From an uncultured Candidatus Peribacteria bacterium (GTDB lineage: Bacteria > Patescibacteriota > Gracilibacteria > CAZOKC01), in contig CAZOKC010000001.1 of NCBI GenBank assembly GCA_964580335.1, positions 7,885 through 41,640 of the forward strand: a DNA stretch of 33,756 bases, given 5' to 3'. The notes under the pieces are model-generated. The model was not told the DNA's origin. It made no database searches and saw only the letters and a list, made by a program, of their open reading frames with translations. The translations under genes were made by a program, and so were the position numbers. Below, piece by piece: positions 27,883 to 33,756 of this stretch (position 1 is its first letter; each line of letters begins with the position of its first letter).

Positions 27883-27951
27883 GCTCTCCACTTTTACGGC
27901 TTAAACCCCAGGCTAGCATGTACGCCTGGTATCGCCTAAACCGTTCCGAGC
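27883..27951 (+). ncRNA. G+C-rich structured element in the dnaK 5' leader (unknown family)
   Basis: Nested helices GCTC/GAGC (27883-86/27948-51), ACGG/CCGT (27896-99/27941-44) and CCAGGC/GCCTGG (27908-13/27924-29). It is much more G+C-rich than its flanks. Confidence 0.35.
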
Positions 27952-27990
27952 AAAATTATTATCCTAAATTTACTTTATAATTTTGAACAT

Positions 27991-29922
27991 ATGCCAAAAA
28001 TAATCGGAATTGACCTTGGAACTACAAATTCATGTGTTGCCTTTATGGAAGGAGGTGAACCAAAAGTTATACCAAATGCAGAAGGGGATAGAACAACTCC
28101 TTCGGTAGTTGCTATAAAAGGTGATGATAGACTTGTCGGAGTTACTGCAAAAAGACAAGCTGTGACAAATCCTACAAATACTATTTTCTCTGCAAAAAGA
28201 TTTATCGGAAGAAAATTTGATGAAGTAAAAGAGGAAATAAAAGGTGTTCCTTATGAAGTGACAAAAGCTTCTGATGGAGGTTGTCTTATTACACTAAATG
28301 GAGAAAAGAAAAGACCTGAAGAAATAAGTGCTATGGTACTTGCAAAACTAAAAGCTGACGCGGAAAGTTACCTTGGAGAAACTATTACAGAAGCTGTGAT
28401 CACAGTTCCGGCTTATTTCAATGACAGTCAAAGACAAGCTACAAAAGACGCAGGAAGAATAGCAGGACTTGAAGTAAAAAGAATAATAAACGAACCTACT
28501 GCGGCGGCTCTTGCATATGGACTTGATAAGAAAAAAGACCAAAAAATAGCGGTTTACGATCTTGGAGGAGGAACTTTCGATGTTTCTATATTGGAAGTTG
28601 GTGAAGGTGAAGACGGCGAATTTGCAGTACAGGTACTTTCTACAAATGGAGATACTCATCTTGGAGGAGATGATTTTGATAAAAGAATACTGGATCATCT
28701 ACTTGCAGAATTCAAAAAAGATCAAGGGATTGACCTTTCAAATGATAAAATGGCTATTCAAAGACTTCGTGAAGAAGCTGAGAAAGCTAAAAAAGAACTT
28801 TCAAGTAAGACTGAAGTTGAGATAAATATTCCATTTATCACAGCAGATGCTTCTGGTCCAAAACATCTTAATACAAAACTTACTAGAGCAAAATTTGAAC
28901 AACTTATCGAAGATCTTGTAGAAAGAAGTTTGGAACCTTGTAAAAAAGCTATAGAAGACTCTGGACTTTCTACTTCAGAAATAGATGAGGTAGTTTTGGT
29001 GGGTGGTTCTACAAGAGTTCCTTTTGTAGTAGCTAAAGTAAAAGAACTTTTTGGAAAAGAACCTCATAAAGGTGTAAATCCTGATGAAGTTGTAGCTATC
29101 GGTGCTGGAGTACAGGGAGGTGTACTTGCAGGAGACGTAAAAGATGTATTACTTCTTGATGTTACTCCACTTTCTCTTGGTATAGAAACACTTGGAGGAG
29201 TTTCTACAAAACTTATCGAAAGAAATACAACTATCCCAACTTCTACATCTCAGATAGTCTCGACAGCCCAAGAGAATCAACCTGGTGTGGAAATCCATAT
29301 CACTCAAGGTGAAAGAGAATTTGCAAAAGATAATAAGTCTCTTGGTAAATTCATGCTTGATGGTATAGCTCCAGCACCACGTGGAGTACCTCAGATCGAA
29401 GTAACTTTTGATATAGATGCCAATGGTATCTTGCATGTGAAAGCCGTAGATAAAGGTACAGGAAAAGAACAAAAGATAACAATACAAGGATCAAGTGGTA
29501 TTTCTGAAGAAGAAATCAAGAAAATGCAGGAAGATGCAGTCAAATTTGCTGATGAAGATAAGAAAAAGAAAGAACTTATCGAAGCCCGAAACCTCGCTGA
29601 TAGTCTTATTTATCAAGCTGAAAAAACTGCAAAAGAAGCAGGAGAAAAAGTTAGTCTCGAACTTAAAGAATCTGTAAAAGCAAAAGCAGCTGAAGTCAGA
29701 ATACTGAAAGATAAAGAAGATGTGACAAAAGAAGAATTAGACACTGCTTGTACCGACCTTCAAAACGAACTTATGAAACTTGGTGAAGAAATGTATAAAC
29801 AAGGACAAACTCCATCTGAGGCTGCCGGAGAAAAAGCAGCACAAGAACATGGAGAAGAAGAACTAAAAGGAGGTGAGGATGTGGTAGAAGGTGAAGTCGT
29901 GGATGAGGATAAGAAAGATTAA
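27991..29922 (+). CDS. dnaK: Chaperone DnaK (Hsp70)
   Basis: [36 protein letters not shown]; 643 aa full length. Confidence 0.97.
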   Translation: MPKIIGIDLGTTNSCVAFMEGGEPKVIPNAEGDRTTPSVVAIKGDDRLVGVTAKRQAVTNPTNTIFSAKRFIGRKFDEVKEEIKGVPYEVTKASDGGCLITLNGEKKRPEEISAMVLAKLKADAESYLGETITEAVITVPAYFNDSQRQATKDAGRIAGLEVKRIINEPTAAALAYGLDKKKDQKIAVYDLGGGTFDVSILEVGEGEDGEFAVQVLSTNGDTHLGGDDFDKRILDHLLAEFKKDQGIDLSNDKMAIQRLREEAEKAKKELSSKTEVEINIPFITADASGPKHLNTKLTRAKFEQLIEDLVERSLEPCKKAIEDSGLSTSEIDEVVLVGGSTRVPFVVAKVKELFGKEPHKGVNPDEVVAIGAGVQGGVLAGDVKDVLLLDVTPLSLGIETLGGVSTKLIERNTTIPTSTSQIVSTAQENQPGVEIHITQGEREFAKDNKSLGKFMLDGIAPAPRGVPQIEVTFDIDANGILHVKAVDKGTGKEQKITIQGSSGISEEEIKKMQEDAVKFADEDKKKKELIEARNLADSLIYQAEKTAKEAGEKVSLELKESVKAKAAEVRILKDKEDVTKEELDTACTDLQNELMKLGEEMYKQGQTPSEAAGEKAAQEHGEEELKGGEDVVEGEVVDEDKKD

Positions 29923-29924
29923 TA

Positions 29925-30172
29925 AGAAACGCGCCCTCGAGAAAGATCTTGAGGGCGCCAAGTCAGGATTTTTCCTTTGGTCTAAAACGCTCTTTCATCT
30001 CATGGCATTGAAGAGACTTATTTTTTGGACCTAAAGGAAAATCCTTTTTGATTGACATCAGGGGAGTCTTACACGGTGGATTTTAATCCACTTGCTTTTT
30101 CATAGGTAAGAGTCAAAGTGGGATTGCTCTTTCCATACTTAGTCTCGTGTTCTGCACGCCAGATGTTTTCGG
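29925..30172 (-). ncRNA. Candidate structured non-coding RNA of unknown family (promoter-to-terminator unit)
   Basis: The start is inferred about 7 nt past a consensus promoter (30178-30205). The 5' multi-helix domain is closed by CATCAGG/CCAGATG (30056-62/30159-65). It contains hairpins at 30076-81/30086-91 and 30146-49/30155-58 and the helix 30064-72/30106-14. A long hairpin follows at 29965-30045, then the terminator at 29931-58. Confidence 0.4.
29931..29958. terminator. Strong 12-bp hairpin GCGCCCTCGAGA-AAGA-TCTTGAGGGCGC
   Basis: Perfect stem apart from one G-U pair. On the minus strand it is followed by GUUUCUUAUUAAUCUUUCUU (U-rich); on the plus strand by CAAGUCAGG (not U-rich). Confidence 0.6.
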
Positions 30173-30177
30173 TTGGT

Positions 30178-30205
30178 ATTATATGTATATAACCGATTTT
30201 GTCAA
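30178..30205 (-). promoter_or_regulatory. Consensus sigma70-type promoter TTGACA-N16-TATAAT (minus strand)
   Basis: The reverse complement of 30178-30205 reads TTGACAAAATCGGTTATATACATATAAT. It lies immediately downstream of the stop of the 511-aa gene and points into the dnaK-distal intergenic region. Confidence 0.5.
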
Positions 30206-30213
30206 TACTTTCT

Positions 30214-31749
30214 TTACTTAATTTTTAAGGTCTTTGTTACTTCTTCAAATTCATCTTTGAAATCCACTTTAGATGTTTTTGGTATAGCTTGAATAATTGA
30301 AACTATTTTGAAGTTGTTTGCGACTATTCTATGCACTATATCGAAATTCAAATTTGAATTCAGTTTATTGGTTAAAGTATATTGAAGTTCATACATCTTT
30401 GTTTTTCCACTATAATAAGCGCCTTCCTTAGATATTTTAACATTGTTATAAAGACCTAAAGCTATTTTCAGGTCTTCAAGGTATGACGCTTGATCAAATG
30501 TGGTGTTTATATCTTTTTCTACTGTGACAAGTAGCGGATATGTTCTAAGATTTTCTTTGTACCAAGGTTTTACATAAAGTACTTCATACTGCCTTGTCAA
30601 AGAATTTAAATGATATAAATATGGATTATTTTTAAGTAGATTATCTACGGATGATACGTTTAATACTTCAAAATTTTCTGGATGTTCAAAAGAAATTCCT
30701 ATTTTGGAATCTTCAAATGTTTTATTTATGTAAGTCAGAGAGTCTTTGGTATCTATTTTTGCAGTTTTTACAAATTCGTATATTTCGTTATAATATTTTG
30801 AATTGAAATTCAGTCCATGATAAGTGAAAACTAAAACTCTTGAATCATTTATAATGTAGATTCCGTGAGTAAAAGGAGTTTTGTTATTGGATATTCTTCT
30901 GTCTATAAATTCTAAAGCTTTGATACTTCCAATATTTACTATCTTTGAAAGAGCTTTGTATCTTTCATCTTTGATAGCTTTTTCTCGAACATGAGAAAGT
31001 GTTGTAACTTGGTCATCTTCATCGAATTCTTGCAGATAAACTGTAATATAATCTTTATCTAAAGAATCTACGTTATCTTTTGGGATAAATGCACTTATAA
31101 ATTTACCATTACCATAAAATTGTTTGGGCAATTTACTTAAACTGATTTTTTCAAAGTTTGATGTGTATTTGAAATTCACTCCGAAAAATTGATTTTCAAA
31201 ATCCATCATTATCTTTTTGATACTTGTATCTACTTCAGGCAATTTTACTTCTTCATCAGTTAGTTTACTATCCTGATTTACCTGACTTGCAAAAAAACCA
31301 TTTAAAGCATCAAGAAGTCTTGGTGCTCCTTGCCTTGTATAAATCGTACCAAAATTGAATTTTTCTAAATATGATTTTCTTGAGACGGTTTGTGCTCTCT
31401 TGCCCCATGTATAACCTGAAACCTTGAATCTTTCTTGTAAACATAATGCTTCAAAATCTTTCAAAGGTTCATCTCTTTTTATACATGAAATATCACCAGA
31501 TTTTGCTGCAAGTGCTATAAGAAAATAATCATAACTAAGTGGTTTATTTTGAAATCTATTTTCTATAAAAAAACGGTTTGTATTAAGTCTACCTCCATGT
31601 AGTTTTTCGGACCAAAGTTTGATAGTTAAATCTCTTGTTTCATTTTCCGTTTTAGTATCGGCAGAAACAATATTGAAACTAGATATAAATAAAAACAAGA
31701 ATGCTACGAAAATTATTCTAAATTTCATATGTTGGAAGATTAGGGACAA
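30214..31749 (-). CDS. Secreted hypothetical protein
   Basis: 511-aa ORF. The likely start is ATG 31728 (MKFRIIFVAFLFLFISSFNIVSA, a signal peptide). No recognisable motif. Confidence 0.65.
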   Translation of the reverse strand: MSLIFQHMKFRIIFVAFLFLFISSFNIVSADTKTENETRDLTIKLWSEKLHGGRLNTNRFFIENRFQNKPLSYDYFLIALAAKSGDISCIKRDEPLKDFEALCLQERFKVSGYTWGKRAQTVSRKSYLEKFNFGTIYTRQGAPRLLDALNGFFASQVNQDSKLTDEEVKLPEVDTSIKKIMMDFENQFFGVNFKYTSNFEKISLSKLPKQFYGNGKFISAFIPKDNVDSLDKDYITVYLQEFDEDDQVTTLSHVREKAIKDERYKALSKIVNIGSIKALEFIDRRISNNKTPFTHGIYIINDSRVLVFTYHGLNFNSKYYNEIYEFVKTAKIDTKDSLTYINKTFEDSKIGISFEHPENFEVLNVSSVDNLLKNNPYLYHLNSLTRQYEVLYVKPWYKENLRTYPLLVTVEKDINTTFDQASYLEDLKIALGLYNNVKISKEGAYYSGKTKMYELQYTLTNKLNSNLNFDIVHRIVANNFKIVSIIQAIPKTSKVDFKDEFEEVTKTLKIK

Positions 31750-31807
31750 TATTATTGTATATATTAATCTTCTTATCCAAACGAATTTAGCTTGAATTCT
31801 TACAAAG

Positions 31808-33756
31808 TTATTTCAAAATCTTGGAAAGCCACTGTCCTGTATAAGAATTTTTTACTTTTGAAACCTCTTCTGGAGTACCTTTTGTTATTATTTCACCTCC
31901 GGCACTTCCTCCATCGGGACCAAGATCGATGATATAGTCAAAAGATTTTATCATATCCATGTTGTGTTCAATAACTACAACTGTATTTCCGGCATCTACA
32001 AGTTTATGAAGCACTGAAAGTAGTTTTTCTACATCTTGGAAATGCAAACCTGTTGTTGGTTCATCGAGTACATAAAAAGTTCTTCCTGTAGAACGTTTTG
32101 CAAGTTCAGTTGCTAGTTTAATCCTTTGGGCTTCTCCTCCAGAGAGAGTTGTAGCACTTTGTCCAACTTGTATATATGCAAGACCTACATCATATAAACT
32201 TTGAAGTTTCGTTTTTATAGGAGGAATCTTGTCAAAAAATTCAAGAGCTTCTTCGACAGTCATTGCAAGTACATCGGCTATATTTTTCCCTCTGTAAGTT
32301 ATTTCTAAAGTTTCAGGATTATATCTCTTTCCATTACAAACTTCGCAAGTTACGTATACATCAGGAAGAAAATGCATTTCTATTTTTTTGACTCCATCTC
32401 CTTGGCAATGTTCACATCTTCCACCTTTTACATTGAAACTAAATCTTCCCGGATCATAACCCCTTATACGAGCTTCTTGTGTTTTTGTGAAAAGATCTCT
32501 TATATGTGTAAAAACTCCAGTATATGTAGCAGAATTTGATCTTGGTGTTCTACCGATAGGGGATTGATCTATATCTATGATTTTATCCAAATTATGCATT
32601 CCAAATATAGAATCAAATTTTTCTGGGAATGTGTGAGCACCATTTAGATCTCGTTTGAGAATTTGGACCAAAGTATCGTTTATAAGAGTTGATTTACCAC
32701 TTCCTGAAACTCCTGTGATACCTACAAAACATCCAAGAGGTATTTCTAAATTAACATTTTTTAGATTATGACCTTTACATCCATTAAGTTTTAAAAATTG
32801 ACCGTTACCTTTTCTTCTTTCTTTTGGTATTGGCATTTCTCTTCTTCCTGATAAAAATTGTCCAGTTATAGAATTTTTATCTTTCATTATTTCTTCCGGA
32901 GTTCCTTTGAAAATAATATTTCCTCCATGTTTCCCAGCACCTGGACCTATATCTATTATAAAGTCAGATGTTCTCATAGTGTCTTCATCGTGTTCTACAA
33001 CAATCACTGTATTTCCAAGGTCTCGAAGATTTAGAAGCGTTTTTATAAGTCGGTCATTATCTTTTTGATGTAGTCCGATTGATGGTTCATCAAGTACGTA
33101 AAGTACTCCTTGAAGTTTTGATCCAATTTGAGTTGCAAGTCTTATCCTCTGCGCTTCTCCACCAGAAAGAGTATTTGCAGATCTTCCAAGATTTAGATAA
33201 TTTAAACCTACTGAAATAAGGAATTCACTTCTATCGATCACTTCTTTCAAAATTGGTTTTGCAATTACTTCATGAGATTTTGAAAATTTCACTTTCTCCA
33301 TCTTGTTTTTAAATTCTTCTATAGGTAATTCGCACCAATCCATAATAGAAAGTCCGTCTATTTTAACTGATAGCGCTTCTTTTTTGAGACGGCACCCATT
33401 ACATGTTTTGCAAGGAACTTGTCTCATAAATTTTTCAAGTTTTTCACGTGAAGCTTCGCTGTCTGCTTCATTGTACCTTCGTAGAATTTGAGGGATAACT
33501 CCTTCGTATCTGGTATCATAACTTCCTTGAAACTTATCTCCTGCCATGTGAATTTTATATTTTTTGTCTCCAGTTCCATATAAAACCATTTCTTTATGTT
33601 TTTCAGTTAAATTTTTCCAAGGTGTATCCATAGAAAAATCCATTTCTCTTGCAACAGATCTAAGTATTTTTTGACTCCACCCAACTTGTGAAGTGCCACT
33701 ATTCCATGGAACTATAGCTCCTTCTTCAAGTGTAAAAAACACAATTAAAAAGTGCA
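31808..33756 (-). CDS. uvrA: Excinuclease ABC subunit UvrA (N-terminus outside window)
   Basis: Two ABC cassettes (GVSGSGKST, LSGGEAQRIRLA/LSGGEAQRIKLA, VLDEPSIGLH/VLDEPTTGLH) and Zn-finger CxxC pairs (CKTCNGC, CEHCQGDG..CEVCNGKRY). The frame stays open upstream of the track's GTG at 33742, up to the window end. Confidence 0.95.
   Translation of the reverse strand, partial: HFLIVFFTLEEGAIVPWNSGTSQVGWSQKILRSVAREMDFSMDTPWKNLTEKHKEMVLYGTGDKKYKIHMAGDKFQGSYDTRYEGVIPQILRRYNEADSEASREKLEKFMRQVPCKTCNGCRLKKEALSVKIDGLSIMDWCELPIEEFKNKMEKVKFSKSHEVIAKPILKEVIDRSEFLISVGLNYLNLGRSANTLSGGEAQRIRLATQIGSKLQGVLYVLDEPSIGLHQKDNDRLIKTLLNLRDLGNTVIVVEHDEDTMRTSDFIIDIGPGAGKHGGNIIFKGTPEEIMKDKNSITGQFLSGRREMPIPKERRKGNGQFLKLNGCKGHNLKNVNLEIPLGCFVGITGVSGSGKSTLINDTLVQILKRDLNGAHTFPEKFDSIFGMHNLDKIIDIDQSPIGRTPRSNSATYTGVFTHIRDLFTKTQEARIRGYDPGRFSFNVKGGRCEHCQGDGVKKIEMHFLPDVYVTCEVCNGKRYNPETLEITYRGKNIADVLAMTVEEALEFFDKIPPIKTKLQSLYDVGLAYIQVGQSATTLSGGEAQRIKLATELAKRSTGRTFYVLDEPTTGLHFQDVEKLLSVLHKLVDAGNTVVVIEHNMDMIKSFDYIIDLGPDGGSAGGEIITKGTPEEVSKVKNSYTGQWLSKILK

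Noticed and set aside
29961-30056. 31-codon minus-strand ORF (MSIKKDFPLGPKNKSLQCHEMKERFRPKEKS) inside the candidate ncRNA.
   Set aside because: No ribosome-binding context and no resemblance to known small proteins. Its two ends are simply the two arms of the 80-nt hairpin, so the open frame is most simply a by-product of RNA structure.
29925-30172. Identification of the intergenic structured RNA as SRP RNA, tmRNA, RNase P RNA or a hammerhead ribozyme.
   Set aside because: GUCAGGA and CUGAUG strings occur, but the diagnostic cores were not found on either strand. Those cores are the GGAA tetraloop plus AGCAGC, GAGGAAAGUCC / ACAGAA..GGCUUA, a tRNA-like 3' end with T-loop and CCA, and CUGAUGA..GAAA. 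A 6S-like identity cannot be tested by eye.
2313-33491. About 30 short ORFs (60-126 aa) in the track lie antisense to, or nested inside, larger genes. Examples are 2313-2567, 3343-3714, 3386-3742, 4961-5233, 6321-6548, 10091-10339, 11276-11542, 15440-15820, 18478-18702, 20305-20562, 21799-22014, 24635-24835, 28348-28698, 29149-29487 and 33303-33491.
   Set aside because: Each one overlaps a well-supported conserved gene on the opposite strand or in another frame. Their translations are low-complexity (F/L/I/S-rich) with no recognisable motifs. This is the expected by-product of AT-rich coding sequence.
1-33756. Alternative genetic code (UGA as Gly or Trp, as in Gracilibacteria/SR1 or Mollicutes), considered because of the low G+C and CPR-like gene content.
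   Set aside because: Full-length EF-G, DnaK, UvrA, TGT, LexA and others are recovered in the standard code without internal TGA. The one interrupted gene (ileS) is broken by TAA, which is also the normal stop of most genes here.
1-33756. CRISPR arrays, transposases/IS elements, integrases, prophage genes and rRNA operons.
   Set aside because: No regularly spaced direct repeats, no DDE or tyrosine/serine recombinase-like ORFs and no rRNA-like G+C-rich blocks were seen. The tRNA gene is not flanked by an integrase or a duplicated att-like tRNA 3' fragment within the window.

Overview
This is an AT-rich, tightly packed bacterial chromosomal segment. It reads cleanly in the standard code: the long housekeeping ORFs are intact, so there is no sign of UGA recoding. 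Most of it is core housekeeping. Genes present are a partial RND transporter, tgt, an orphan receiver domain, fusA, tilS, tRNA-Arg(GCG), lexA, tmk, mltG, ybaB, rplY, rpsP plus a KH protein, a GT4 phosphotransferase, truB, ileS, an archaeal-type cmk, dnaK with a CIRCE operator, and partial uvrA. Accessory content comprises a three-gene secreted/surface-protein operon (7193-11850, one member with a sortase signal), a 491-aa LRR-like orphan, an RHH/RelE toxin-antitoxin pair and a 511-aa secreted orphan. Several traits point to an uncultivated small-genome lineage such as CPR/Patescibacteria, though this is inference only. These traits are type-2 IleRS, archaeal-type CMP kinase, a small T4SS-pilin-like membrane protein, almost no Shine-Dalgarno sequences, and convergent genes that overlap at their stop codons. 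I saw no rRNA, CRISPR array, transposase or integrase. The most notable observations are: (1) ileS carries a complete histidine-phosphatase (PGM/CobC-like) domain of about 195 aa inserted between the catalytic core and the anticodon-binding domain. (2) The same ileS frame is broken by one in-frame TAA sitting at the head of an A17 homopolymer. (3) A perfect TTGACA-N16-TATAAT promoter and a strong terminator hairpin bracket a roughly 250-nt, G+C-enriched, multi-helix non-coding segment between dnaK and the 511-aa gene. (4) The dnaK leader has a G+C-rich structured element downstream of CIRCE. (5) The Tgt has lost all four zinc ligands.
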